A stretch of DNA of 64,000 bases, from the NCBI RefSeq assembly GCF_009914755.1, contig NC_060926.1; one strand, given 5' to 3'. Positions 43,817 through 57,448 of the stretch are shown one piece after another. The first letter of the stretch is position 1. The number at the start of each line of letters is the position of its first letter. The DNA is from the human T2T-CHM13v2.0 reference genome, Homo sapiens. A program made the translations under genes and the position numbers. The notes under the pieces are model-generated. The model was not told the DNA's origin. It was given only the letters and a program-made list of their open reading frames with translations, and made no database searches.

Positions 43817-45388
43817 TGATAGCAGCAGGAGGCAGACAAATCCTAGGCAGATGGGGGTGGGTCCCCAGTGAAACCTGACCTTCAAGCTGAAGACAGCTTA
43901 AAGCCTAGCTACATGTCCTGGATAAATCTATGGACCAGATCGAGAACCTCTCTTCCCATTTGGTGCACTTTCCTCTGATTGATCCCCACCCTTCACCTAT
44001 TTTACATATACCCACCCTTCTCTAATTTGTTTTTTCACACTGTTGTGCCCACCTTTGAGTGGTGCCTTTGTTTTAGCCTATTTTGCATACTCACAAACCA
44101 ATCAGCATGCACTTCCCCATTCTGAGCCCATAAAAGCCCCAGACCCAGCCATGCCAGAAGAGAGGCCAAACTACTTTGGGTGGGGGACCACCCTTGCGTC
44201 CCCTCTTGGCTGAGAATGAAAGGAGTTAGCCAGCTTGCTTTAGGCAGACAGTAAGGGAAGCGTCCCTGAAGAACCTACGACGTGCCCCAAAAGTGCTTAC
44301 ACCAGATGTTTTGTGCACATAAGGGAATTTGCACAGGGGGCTTGCCTAAACATGCCCACAATAGAAAATTCCATTCCCTAACACATGTGCAGTAAGGGAA
44401 ATAACCAATATGGAGTAGCTCAGACTAAGGGCCCACGAGCACACTGGAAGGATGGGGTGGAGCCTCCAGAAATTTGCACCTTAAGCCCAGGTATTCAACT
44501 GTAAAGGGGGCAACCAGCAACCTGCTTTCAGGACCCCTTTCTTTACTGGGAGCTTTCCTTTCACTAAATAAATTCTACTCCACTCACTCTCCGGGGTCCA
44601 CACACCTAATTCTTACTGATTGTGAGACAAAAACTCAGACCTAGCTGAGCTAAGAGCAAAAATCCTGCATCAAGAGCTGTTTTGTTGCTCAATAAAACTC
44701 TTCTCTGTCCTCCTCACCCTCCGATTGTTAGTGTAATCTCATTCTTGGACACAGGACAAGAGCTCAGGATGCCACCAAACATGGGTAGGAAGAAGAGAGT
44801 AACACGGTAGCTCTCTGCCCCACCAGCAGCGCCTGGTAGCCACCCTATGCAACAAGAAGCAGGGCGGGGGGCCAGGCCAGCCCCAGGGCCATGGGCGGGA
44901 GTGGGGTAACAGGACTGATAGGGCTGTTAACATGCCCCTGTTCGTCAGGCTGCAGAGGGCAGATCTAAAAGAGCTGTTAGCATGCTGTAACACCCACCTC
45001 TGGGGCTTCTGGGTTGCCTGACCCATTTGGTTACCACCACCTTCCCCTAGTCTGGACTCCAGAGCCCACTGTGGGAGTCACTTGTGACATGCCTGGTCCA
45101 GCCGCAAGCGGTGCACGGAGCCAGCTCCTGTGCCGGCACTTGGAGCAACCAGCTGGATACCACACAACTCTGCACTCACCAGCTCAGACACCCTCTCCTG
45201 CCAGGGGCTGAGCCCACAGTCAGGTGGCCACAGGATCCACACCTGCGTGCAAGCCAGGAGTGGCCCAGTGGGCCAGTTGTGCAGGGCACCTCCTGTGGCA
45301 AGCCCAGCCCGAGCAAGGCCTGGGTAGGTCTCCAGCTGCGGAGGTCTCCAGTGGCAAAGCAACGTCAAAAAAAAAAAATCCTGTGTCA
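43817..45388 (+). mobile_element. ERV1 solo LTR (LTR27/LTR28-like)
   Basis: TGATAGCAGCAGGAGGCAGACAAAT start, ATCCTGTGTCA end; 4-bp TSD CAAG; CCAAT ~44098, CATAAAA ~44128, AATAAA 44691. Confidence 0.8.
44217..44672 (+). mobile_element. Second ERV1 solo LTR (MER61-group-like) nested in the first
   Basis: TGAAAGGAGTTAGCC start, ATCCTGCATCA end; own AATAAA; TSD AGAA/AGAG splits the host GCTGAGAGCTG. Confidence 0.8.
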
Positions 45389-45907
45389 CAAGTAAGGCAG
45401 AAATTAAGAGACTACTTAATAATGTGATAAAAAATGGTGAGGCCCTAAATTACTTAGGTGAAATGAAGATGAGATGGATAAGAGTCTAAAGGACTTGGTT
45501 GTGGGTGAGGAACAGCAAGGCATCCAGGATGACTCTCCCTTGGTGACGACTTGGTGGTGAAATAAAGGCCACAAGAAAGAAGACAAACAAGTGGGGGCAA
45601 AGAGGAAAGAGAAATGAGAGAGTTGATGAATTCAATTCAGAAATGATTTGAATTTCATTTAAGCCAAAGAAAACCCAGTTATCTTTTCTGGGTTCCAGTT
45701 TTCTCAGTGACAGCTGCATTCATGAATTACCAAATTAACTATTGTAGCACTCTCTAAAAATATACAAAGCACTCTACCGTATGCTGTAAATAAGTCATGA
45801 AAAATCAGCAAAAGCTCGAGCCCTGAAGGAAATTCAGCAGGGTTAAAAAGAGATATGGCCAATGTTTACTAAACACTTAAACTGTGACCCAACACACTCA
45901 CCCAGTA

Positions 45908-46497
45908 CTGTAAGTACTCACTTAATGTCATCAACAGATTTTTGGAAACTGACTGTAAGCAAAATGACATATAACAAAACCATTTTTACCATAGGCCAAT
46001 TGATATAAACAAAAGTTAAGTTCCTATAACATATTTCTGGTCACAAAAACATCACCAAACTCCTAAATACAAACCAAAACACTTCTAATATTAAACATTG
46101 AAATAAATGGGAGCTATACATACATTTAAGGAAGATTAATAAAAACAAGTAAGATAGTTATTTACCTAATTATTCCAGTTCAGGGTCGAGGGTGGCTGAA
46201 GCCTATCCCCTCAGCTCAGGGTGCAAGGTGGGAACCAACCCTTGGACACGACGACATTCCATCGCAGGGAGCACTCACACTCACACTCAGACAGGAAACA
46301 CAGACAAGGCCAATTCATCCAGCCTGCACTGAGATGTGGGAGGCAGTACCCTGGGGTACCTGGTGAAAACCCATGCAGACGTGGGGAGAAGGGGCAAGAT
46401 CCACACAAACAGTAGCCCCGGTAGGAAATTATTATTTTTTCTCATCAAGTTATACAAAATGACACTGAACGAAAAAATGCGATTCAAGGACCTGCTG
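45908..46497 (-). mobile_element. MER6A (TcMar-Tigger MITE)
   Basis: Reverse strand begins CAGCAGGTCCTTGAAT; contains TCTCCCCACGTCTGCATGGGTTTTC core; TA flanks. Confidence 0.85.
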
Positions 46498-47022
46498 TAC
46501 TGTACTTTTTGCTCTGCCAGTCAGGTGCGATCGCTGGCTTTCTTTGAGCACCTATGAACAAGAGGTAGCATGCCCAAGTCCACGTGGGAGATACAGCGGC
46601 CCCACCCTTAAGGGACTTAGAGCATGGCGGTGGGACACATGTGGTGCAAGCTTGCTGAAAGTTTAGTGTGCTGGGAACTTTGAACATACAGGCAGGGCTA
46701 GTTAACAAAGTATATCTTTTACTTAGAGACATCGACGAGGAATATCTTAGGCCGTCCAATAAGAATGTAAGCATTTCATATTTTATTCCCTATAAAGAAA
46801 AAAGAATGGAGGCGAGAGGAAATGAAATGAAGCAATTATCGCAAAACCAGTCAGTGTCCCCGCAGGCCACCCAAGGACAAGCCTCCGGGAAAGAGTAACT
46901 CAATCCCAGTTTGGAGGGTGAAACTAAGAGTGAATGGGAAGCCAGCATCTTCCTAATACAAAAGCACAGTTTACCGTCCCCCTCAGCCAACATGCGGCTG
47001 AAGGGAAAGCCGCGGGGCGTAC

Positions 47023-47090
47023 CTTTAGCACGGGACGCTGCTTTGGGGGGATCGCCCTCGACACAGCGCCCCTCCCGGCACCTGGCCAGA
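47023..47090 (-). other. METTL8: Probable METTL8 non-coding exon 1 (5' end uncertain)
   Basis: Minus-strand donor AAG|GTACGC at 47023/47022 at the CpG-island edge; an alternative donor ACG|GTAAAC lies at 46975; TSS cannot be determined from sequence. Confidence 0.55.
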
Positions 47091-47346
47091 ACCTCCCAGG
47101 GCGAAGGTCGGGGCCGAGAAGCTTGTGAGTACCGGGGCAGTGAGGGAGGGATCCCTAAGTGCAGGGCGCACACACGGGGCGGAGACCTGGAGGCGGCAGC
47201 ACCGCGCCCCCAGGGCTCTGCCCAGCTAGCCACTCGCAGCACAGAGAAGCGCGCCCGCAAGACAGCGCAGCCTCCGCGGGCCGGAGGAGGCGGGGCCGCG
47301 GCAGGCAGAGGCAGGGCCGGGCAAGCCCTCGCTCCCCGCCGCCTGA

Positions 47347-47410
47347 CGGGAATTGTAGTTCCTGGGAGAAGCCGGGCTGCCTCACGAGGCACTAGGAACT
47401 ACATTTCCCG
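47347..47410. promoter_or_regulatory. Inverted pair of ACTACAnnTCCC (ZNF143/THAP11-HCFC1-associated) motifs
   Basis: CGGGAATTGTAGTTCCT (47347-63) and AGGAACTACATTTCCCG (47394-410). Confidence 0.8.
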
Positions 47411-47717
47411 GTGAGAGAGCGGCTCCGGCCGGCCGCGCGGTACCGGAGCGTCGCACTGTCAGCGGCCAGAGAGCCTGGGGCAGATCGAAAAGGGAGTGCT
47501 TCTTCCCTTCTCTCCGCGCTCTGGCGGTGCAAGCGGCTCTGCTTTCCCTCGCCCCGCCGTCGGGTGCTCCCTGCCCGCCTCCCCGTGTCAGCTTTCCCTG
47601 GGCCCCGCCGGGAAAGTCTGGGCCTCGAAATTCGAAGGCAGCGGCGGCTGCCCAGCACGGGAGTGTGGGGCGCGCCACTCGGCGGCCCAGCCTACCCAGG
47701 GCCCGGCCCGCGCCTCC

Positions 47718-47843
47718 ATGGGCCCGACCCGGAAGCCCAACGTGTGCAGCCGGCTGAGTCGCCGGGCGCTGGGCTGCTTCTCGCGCGACGCAGGCGTGGT
47801 GCAGAGGACCAACCTGGGCATCCTGCGGGCGCTGGTGTGCCAG
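47718..47843 (+). CDS. DCAF17: DCAF17 (DDB1- and CUL4-associated factor 17) exon 1 coding part, codons 1-42
   Basis: MGPTRKPNVCSRLSRRALGCFSRDAGVVQRTNLGILRALVCQ; donor CAG|GTGACC, phase 0. Confidence 0.96.
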
Positions 47844-48222
47844 GTGACCGCCAGCCGGCCGGGGCGGGACGGAGGGCCGCGGGCGCGCGGCGGCCGAGCC
47901 TCCTGCGGGGATGCGGTTTTAACGCGCTGGGGCCTCCCTTTATAGGGTCACATGTGATGGGGAGGAGGATACAAGCCCGGAATCTGGGATAGGTGGTAAT
48001 AGGGCCACCAGCTGCTTTTAGTTTTACGCTTCTTATGTCTTACCTGGAAACAATTATTCTAAAAGTTGGTCACCTCATTAAGCCAAAACATGAGGGCAGA
48101 GTGGAGGAAGGATGCAAAAAGTTTTAAAATAATATAGGTGACATTATGTTGCTTTGAAAATTTAAAATCTAACTTAAAGCCTAAGAGTTCTTTCCTGAAC
48201 GGAAATTCTTTATGTCTTTTAG

Positions 48223-48326
48223 GAAAGTACTAAATTTAAGAATGTCTGGACAACTCATTCCAGGTCACCTATAGCCTATGAGAGAGGAAGAATATATTTT
48301 GACAATTATCGGCGCTGTGTCAGCAG
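48223..48326 (+). CDS. DCAF17: DCAF17 exon 2 (104 nt)
   Basis: TCTTTTAG| ESTKFKNVWTTHSRSPIAYERGRIYFDNYRRCVS |GTAACT; ends phase 2. Confidence 0.96.
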
Positions 48327-49914
48327 GTAACTTTTTATTGATAATTTTGCTGTAATTCACCTCACTGTTGATCTTAACTATAATTTGTATAGAACCACAT
48401 GCCTACATTAGTGCCTAGTGAAATAGAATGAAAAAAATGGGTCCGAAATAAGACTAGGCAGTAAAAAATGCATGTAATTTTAAAATCTTGTTAAATCTAA
48501 AGTTGCAGGTGTCATTTTTGTAAATACCAACTTAAAGCAAAACTACAGTGCAGGCAAAACCACAGATTGTTCAGAGTACTGTTTAGTGTTTAGTCTACTT
48601 ATACCACAGTCAAGAAATCCAGTTGCCAATCAAATAATTAGATGCTGCTTTGGAGAATTGATGGATTGTGTTTTGGAAGTACTTGCCTTTTTTTTTTTTT
48701 TTTAGAGAAATTTTTTCAAACAAAAGCCTAGTATTTAGAGATCCAAAATGTTTAACAGTCAGCCTCATCCACAACTGTCCAACATGAGGGGGGAAGGAAA
48801 GCCACAATGCATCCCCATATACTCATTACCCAGATTCAAAAACTATCAAGATTTGCCACATTTGCTTTATCTAACCCACTTTTCCTTTTGCATGACCTCT
48901 TTTAAAGCATATTCTAAACATACATCAGTTTGCATTTTTAAAAAAATGAGCTTTTTTTATAGGCTTTATTAGGATATAATTCACATACCATATATTTACC
49001 CATTTAAAGTGTACAGTTCAATAATATTTAATGCATTCACAGATACATGTAATCACTACCACAGTTAATTTTAGAGCATTTTCATCACTTCAAAACAGAA
49101 CCATGTACCTTTAAGCAGTCACCTCAGTACCACCATTACCCTCAGCCCTAAGCAACCACTAGTCTGTTTTCTGTCTGTAGATTCACCTATTCTGTACTTT
49201 TCATATAAATGGAATCATATAATATATGGTCTTTTGTAACTGGCTTTTTCACTTTGCGTGTTTTCAAGGTTCATCCATGTTGTCACATGCATCAGAATTC
49301 CTTTATAAAGTTGAATAATATTGCATTGTATCAATTACCACATTTTACGTATCCATTTATCAGTTGTTAGACATTGGTGTTTCTACCTTTTAGCTATTAT
49401 AAATAATGCTGCTATAAACATTTCCATGTAAGTTTTTATGTGGGCATTTATTTTCACTTCTCCTAGATTATACCTAGGAATGGAATTGGTAGGTCATAAG
49501 ATTATACTGTAACTGCGTTTAATAGTTAGAAGAACTGCCATACACTTTTCTAAAGTGGTAGTACCATTTTATGTTCCCATAAGCAGTATATGAGGGTTCT
49601 GATTTTTCCACATTCTTGTCAACACTTGATGTGTGACTCACAGCATCTCACTGTGGTTTTGATTCCATTTTCCTGATGACTAGTGATGTCAGGCATCTTT
49701 TCTTGTGCATATTAGCCATTTGTATGTTATTCTTTGGAGAAATGTTTGGTTAGATATTTTGCCCACTTGTAAATTTTTTTTTTTTTTTTTACAAAAATCC
49801 TTACATATTTTAGATACAAGTCCCTTATCAGATATATGATTTCAAATACTTTCTCCCATTGTGTAGATTGTCTTTTTACTTTCCTGATGTTATTGTTTGA
49901 AACAGAGAGGTTAA

Positions 49915-50213
<299 letters not shown>

Positions 50214-51869
50214 ACAGAGAGGTTAATTTTGATGAAGTCCAATTTATCTAAATTTTTTTCATTACTCATGCTTTTGGTGCCATATCTAAGAATCCATTGC
50301 AAAATTTGAGGTCATTAAGATTTGCTCCTAGGTTTTTTTCTAAAGGGTTTATAGTTTTAGCTCATATTTAGGTGGTTGATCCACTTTGAGTTAATTTTAG
50401 TATAGGGTATAAGGTAGGTATCCAACTCCATTTTTTTTAACATGCAGCTATACATTTGTCCTAGCACCATTTATTAGAAAGACTTTTCTTTCTTCATTGC
50501 AAGGCCTTGCCACCCTTGTCAAAAATCAATTGACCATAGACACTTTTGGATTTATTTCCGGACGTTCAAGTCTGTTCCACTGATCTGTATGTCTGTCCTT
50601 ATGTCAATACCACATTGTCTTGATCACTGCTGCTGTGTTATTTCTTCTTTAAATGCTTGGTGGAATTAACCATTGAAAGCATCTGGGCTTGGCACTTTCT
50701 GTTTTGGTAGGTTGTTCATTATTGATTACATTTCTTTAATAGATACAGACTTATTCAAGTTATCTAATTCTCCTTGGGTAAATTTTGATAGATGGTGTCT
50801 TTCAAGGAATTCATCTAAGTTATCCAAACTTGTGAGCCTAGACTTATTCATAATATTTCTTTATTATTGTTTTAACGTCCATGAGATCGGTAGTGATAGC
50901 CACTCTTTAATTTCTCATATTAGTAATCAATTTTGTTGACCTTTTCAAAAAAACAGCTTTTGGTTTTGTTGATTTTCTCTATTGATTTTTGGTTTTCAAT
51001 TTTACTACTTTCTGAGCTAATTTTTGTTATTTCTTTGCTTACTTTGGATTTAATTTGCTCTTCTTTTACTAGTTTCCTAAGGTAGAAACTTAGATTACGA
51101 TTTGAAGTCTTTCTCCTTTTCTGCATATGCACTTACTGCTATACCTTTTCCTCTAAGCATTGTTTTTGTTGCATCCCACAAATGTTGATACGTTGTATGT
51201 GCATTTTCATTTAGTTCAGAATATTTTTAAATTTCTCCTGGGACTTCTTTGACCCATGTGTTATTTAGATGTGTGTTGTTCACTCTCCAAATATATTGGG
51301 ATTTTCCAGTTATCATTGTTTTATTGATTTGTGGTTTAATACCACTATGACCCAAGAGCATACTTTATATTAGTTCTAGTCTTTTAAATTTGTTAAGGTG
51401 TCTTTTATGGCTCAGAATGTGATCTACCTTGGTGAACGTTTCGTGTAAGCTTGAGAAGAATGTGTATTCTGCTGTCGTTGGATGAGATATTCTGTTTGAT
51501 CCAGATGGTACCTTTCAGTTTAAGTATATGCATAATTACTAACTTTCTGCCAGCTGGATGTGTTAATTACTGATGGGTATTGAAATCTCTATAATAGTGA
51601 GTGGATTTATCTATTTCTCCTTGCATTTCTATCCGTGTTTGCCACATTGTGTTTTGATACTCTGTTGTTAGATGCATATGTATTAAATATTGTTATGCCT
51701 TCTTGGAGAATTGACACCTTTTTCATTATCTTATGCCCACTTAATCCCTGGTAATGTTCCTTGCCAAATTCGACTTTGTCTGAAATTAGTATAGCTACTC
51801 CAGCTTTCTTTTGTTTAGTGTTTACACATTGTATCTTTTGCCATTCCTTTACTTTTAATCTATCTGTGC

Positions 51870-52151
51870 CTTTTTTTTTCCCCCCCAAAGTCAGGGTCTG
51901 GCTGTGTCTCCCAGGCTGGAGTGCAGTGGCACAATCATAGCTCACTGTAACACCAAACTCCTGGACTGAAGCAATCCGACCATCTCAGCCTCCCAAGTAG
52001 CTAGGACTATAGGCATGTGGCTATTTTTAAAACAATTTTTTTAGAGATAGGGGTCTCAGTCGTGCTGTGTTGCCCAAGCTGATCTCATACTCCTGACCTC
52101 AAGTAGTCCTCCCACCTCAGCCTCTGCTGAGGATTACAGACACGAGCCACC
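51870..52151 (-). mobile_element. Alu (J-like), diverged
   Basis: Antisense Alu motifs. Confidence 0.85.
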
Positions 52152-52778
52152 AGAACACTTTAGGTATTTATGTCTCTCTCTGCTTGCTCTTATGCTCTCT
52201 GAAGAGAAATCCAAATTAATTCTTATTGTTCCCCTATATAGTTAAGGTGCTTTTTTTTCATCTGGCTTCTTTCAAGATTTTCTCTTCACTTTTGATTTTC
52301 TGCAGTTTGAATATGCTTCCCAGATTTGGGGCTTGGTATCTGTCAGTTTTGGAAAATTCTCAGCCATTATTACTTCAAATATTTATTTTTCTCTTTTTCT
52401 TCCTTCTGGTATTCCCGTTATGTGGATGTTATACCTTCTCCAATTTTCCTGTAATACTTGAATATTCTGTTCTACTTTTTCTTTCTTTTTCCTCTTTTAT
52501 TGCCCCAGCTTGGGAAGTTTCTGTTGACCTATCTTCAAACTCACTGATTCTGTCCTTGGCTGCATCCAGTTTACTGATAACTGTTAAAGGCGTTCTTCAT
52601 TTCTCTTATGGTGTTTTTTGATTTCTAGTATTTCTTTTTTTTCCTTTTTTTTTTTTTTTTTTTTAGAATTTTTATCTGTGTTTAATTTACCCATCTTTTC
52701 TTGCATGGTGTCCACTTTTCCCAGCTCTGATCCTGTTAATCAGCTATTTAATTAATTAGTTTAGAAATGAGGTCTTGT

Positions 52779-53100
52779 GACTGGGTGCGGAGGCTCACAC
52801 CTGTAATCTCACACTTTGGGAGGACTAGGTGGGCAGATCACTTGAGGCTAGGAGTTCGACACCAGCCTGGCCAACATGGCGAAACCCCATCTCTACTAAA
52901 AAAACAAAAATTAGCTGGGCATGGTGGCACACACCCATAATCCCAGCTACTCCAGAGGCCAAGGCAGAAGAATTGCTTGAATCTGGGAGGTGGAGGTTGC
53001 AGTGAGTTGTGATTGCATGCCACTGCACTCCAGCCTGGGTAACAGAGCGAGACTCAAAAAAGAAAACCCCAAAAAACCCCAAACAAACAGTAAAAAACAA
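52779..53100 (+). mobile_element. Alu (S-like) inserted at the tail end of a FAM
   Basis: TSD AGAAATGAGG(TC/CG)TTG. Confidence 0.9.
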
Positions 53101-53259
53101 GAAATGAGGCGTTGCTTTGTTGCCCAGGCTAGAGTGCAGTGGCTTTTCACAGGTATGATAATAGTGCACTGTAGCCCCAAACTCCTGCACTCCAGTGATC
53201 CTCCTCCCTCAGCCTCCTGAGTATAGCTGGAACTACAGTCACATACCATCGCACCTGGC
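53101..53259 (-). mobile_element. FAM (fossil Alu monomer)
   Basis: GAGTGCAGTGGCTTTTCACAGG 7SL-like segment. Confidence 0.75.
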
Positions 53260-53425
53260 TTAATCATTGTTATTTTAATTTCTGGTCTGCTAACTCTAAA
53301 ATCTCTGCCATATCTGAATCCAGTTCTGATGTTTGTTTTGTTTCTTCAAACTTTTGTATTTTGCCTGTTAGCATGCCTTGTCATTTTTTTGGTTGAGGGC
53401 TATATATGATATGATATATTGGATA

Positions 53426-53711
53426 GGCCAGGCACAGTGGCTTACTCCTGTCATCCCAGCACTTTTGGAGGCCAACGTCTGGGGTTGCTTGAGCCTAGGA
53501 GTTTGAGACCAGCCTAACCAACATGGCAAAACCCCATCTCTACAAAAAATATCAACATTAGCTGGGCATGGTGGCACACACCTGTAGTCCCAGCTACCAG
53601 GGAGGATGAGGTGGGAGGATCGCTTGAGCCCAGGAGGTCAAGGCTGCTCGAGCCGTCAGCATGCCACTGCACTCCAGCCTGAGCAACAGAGCGAGACAGT
53701 GTCTCAAAAAA
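53426..53711 (+). mobile_element. Alu (J-like)
   Basis: Dimeric Alu; flanking ATATATTGGATA/TAATATTGGATA. Confidence 0.9.
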
Positions 53712-55407
53712 TTTTACAAATTTAAGATAATATTGGATAAAAAGAATTAAATAGGCCTTTAGAGTGAGATTTTATGTTTATCTGAGTAGGAGTTCGGCTA
53801 TGATTATTGTTTGTTGTAGCCGTAGGTATTAGAGGTTAAAATTTCCTCTAGTGTGCTTATTTTTGTCTCCCCCATTGTTGGCTCCAGTGGCTTGTTCCTG
53901 GGCTTATGTTCCTGGAAAGCTGTAATTGTCAGTATCCACCTTTCTCTCCAGTTTTGGAGGCAGCAGTTTGCCCTGTGACCTGAATTCTCTGATGGATCTA
54001 AGAATAATTATGGATTTTCAGATTGTTCAGCATTTTTCGTGCTATGAGGACAGACGGGTGGCACTTCCAGGCTGTTTTCGTCTTGGACCAGAAACCAGAA
54101 TTTAGAGAGAATAGTCAGCTTTTGAGATTTGTTCTAACCCCAAGAGGGCTCTGTCCTGCTAGCTTTTTCTGGTTATTTCTGGCAAATTAGCCAGCCTACA
54201 ATTTAGCCTGTATCTCCGCTGAGTCTACCAGTCTCCTCCCATTTGCCTTTCATCACAAACTCCACAGATTTTGTTAGTGCTCCTAGGCCTTAACTTCTCC
54301 ACACTCTGTTGCAAATAAAATTAGTTTTTCTGGAAAGAGCCACAGAGCTATCTCTTTTATGGCCTGCTTCTCCCCTCCTGCACAGTTTTTGAACTAAGGC
54401 TCTTTACCTGGTTGTGGGAGTCAATGCCATGCTTCTCTCTGAGTGACTCCCCTACTCTAGAAGCTGCGCACTTGGAGTTGAGGAAACACTGACCTCAGAT
54501 CTTCCCACCTTGTCTCTCTCTCAGTGTAGAACTACTGTTTTCTAAGGAGGATAAGGCCAGTTAGGGCCTCAGTATCCTCAGCTGTGCTACATCCAAGGTA
54601 GATCCTCCATCCCATGAATAGGGGCTGGGTGGAAGAAGGGACCCCCACCTCTTGACTATACTGACCCAATACTCAGCCCCAGCAATAGGCAGCTGGGGAC
54701 TGGATGAGAAATGCTGTCATCCCACCCCTCCTAGGAAGATAGCTCTCTGAGTGGAAGCTTGGAAAACAGGGAGCCTTGTACTCTTGGCTGCACCAGTCTG
54801 GAGTGGAGTTTCCATCTTGCTGAGCTGGGATTGGGAAGGAAGGGACTATGCCCTGGTTCAGACACCACAGACTCACTATTCTTACTGAGCAGTAGTAGGT
54901 TTTCTTGAATAAATGTTTCTTCATATGCTGTATGTCCCCAGGACCATTTGCAGAGACTTTAAATAGTTGTCCTTTTATGATTTTCACCAGTTTTGCCAAG
55001 GAGTTTGTCCACAGAGCTCTTCATGCCCTCATGCTGGAAGTGGAAATCTGGACATGTTATCTTATCATGTCATTATCACACCTAGGAAAATGAGCAACAA
55101 TTCTTCAGGATCATTTAATGTCAAGTTTATAACTTCCTGCTTTAACTTAAAAAAAAAATTAAATTAGAGTAAGTGGTGTCAATTAGTGTTCTAATGATTA
55201 AATATTATTGAGTTATTTAATGTCCAATGGTGTTTTATCCACAGGTTATAATCGCATATGAAGTTGCCTTCATTCTTGTGAAACTGTTTGGTTTAAACTT
55301 TTGAATCAGTGAGAGAATGTCAAAGAGGTACAATAAAATTATCACCTGAAAATTGTTTCTCTTTCAACAGTAATTTAATTTCAAAGTTCATTTAAAAAAA
55401 TGAAAAG

Positions 55408-56013
<606 letters not shown>

Positions 56014-56654
56014 AGGAACAAAATAAAATTAAACATTTATGATCACATCTCAACTAATCAGAGAAGTACAAATTAAAAGAGACTATTTTTCACATCAAAG
56101 ATATAGCATTCAATATTGGCAGAAGTATAAATTTACTCAACCTTTCTGAAAAGTAATTTGGGAGTAAAAAAAAAAACCATAAAGGGTTTTTTGTTTTTTG
56201 TTTTTTTTAAATCCACTAGTTTTCATTCTAAAATAATGGGACCCTTTTTATCCAGTAATTTTCATTTTAAATATCAGAACAATAGTTTTTGATCTTGATG
56301 GAATTCAACAGAGATATTCTTAGTAAATGTTCAGAGGTAAAGAAAGAATTTAATATGAACCATTTTTGGAAAACAACGTCCAGGTACGTATATGTATATA
56401 AACCAGAAGGAAATGAACCAAAATGTTAATAAGGGTTATTTTTGGCAGTTTTATGGTATTGTAAACTATTTTAATCTTGTTTTTTTTTATATGAATTATG
56501 TGATCAGAAAAAAATATTAATATTTAGTTAAGAGGAAAGCAAATAAATTGTGCCTTGGTATTTCACATCTCTGAATAAAAATAGTCTCTCAAACCTGAAC
56601 AAATACTGTCTTGGTTATCAAGAATAATAATCATTTATTTTTCTTTTTTCCCAG

Positions 56655-56745
56655 TGTTGCATCTGAGCCAAGAAAACTTTATGAAATGCCAAAATGTTCC
56701 AAATCAGAAAAAATAGAGGATGCTTTATTATGGGAATGCCCAGTG
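56655..56745 (+). CDS. DCAF17: DCAF17 exon 3 (91 nt)
   Basis: TTTTTCCCAG| (S)VASEPRKLYEMPKCSKSEKIEDALLWECPV |GTAAGA; starts phase 2, ends phase 0. Confidence 0.96.
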
Positions 56746-57448
56746 GTAAGATTTGTTTTTAGAGCGTTTGTTTCTAAAGCATTTTTAGCCTAGAAGAACC
56801 AGTTATTATTAACATATTGCATAAAATAATACAACTTAAATATCATAGTGACTCTTGCATCTTTAAAGCAATCAAGATGAGAGTATATCTTTTATTTTCC
56901 TCATGAAATAATTTCTGTATTAAAAATACTAATATTATGAATGTGTTTTTAAAATTAGATAGATTTTTTTTAGATCCTGAAAACTAAAAAGTTATAAATC
57001 GATTAAAAGTTATATAAGCAGCATAAGCTAATGTATAATTATCTTAGTGTTTAAGAGATCATTCCACTCAATATACTGAAACAGTAACAAAGTATTTAGA
57101 GCAACAGTTATTTTACGTTATTTTACGTGTTAGGAAAATAATAAAAATAAAATAATAGGATAAGCTCATTTCATAAGGCTAGCTTTGCCTGGGTGTATAT
57201 TTTTCAAAACACTGTTTTCATGGAATGTTAACGGGTGTCAGAGGAGTTAGGGGGAATTGGGCTGTGAAAAACTAAGTTTGGGACATTCTGAGTTTAAGAC
57301 TGTAAACATATCTATTGATAGAATTACTTCTCAGAGCCTTTACTAATAATAATAATACAATAATACTAATAGGTATGATGATTATCAAGCCATTTCCCCA
57401 AATTCTTTTGATCATAGAACTTCCTTGTTTAAGGAATATTTCTAAGTA

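Larger units (their letters stand above)
46960..47930. promoter_or_regulatory. CpG-island bidirectional promoter of METTL8 (-) and DCAF17 (+)
   Basis: Abrupt GC/CpG-rich block in CpG-poor DNA; GC boxes; paired ACTACAnnTCCC motifs; divergent genes on each side. Confidence 0.92.

Noticed and set aside
44739-45427. Cluster of overlapping ORFs
   Set aside because: GC-rich LTR U5 sequence with no retroviral protein motifs.
46790-47992. Long overlapping ORFs in the CpG island (200, 167 and 193 aa)
   Set aside because: Low-complexity Arg/Ala/Gly/Pro products expected from stop-codon scarcity at high GC; only the frame containing MGPTRKP splices into a coherent gene.
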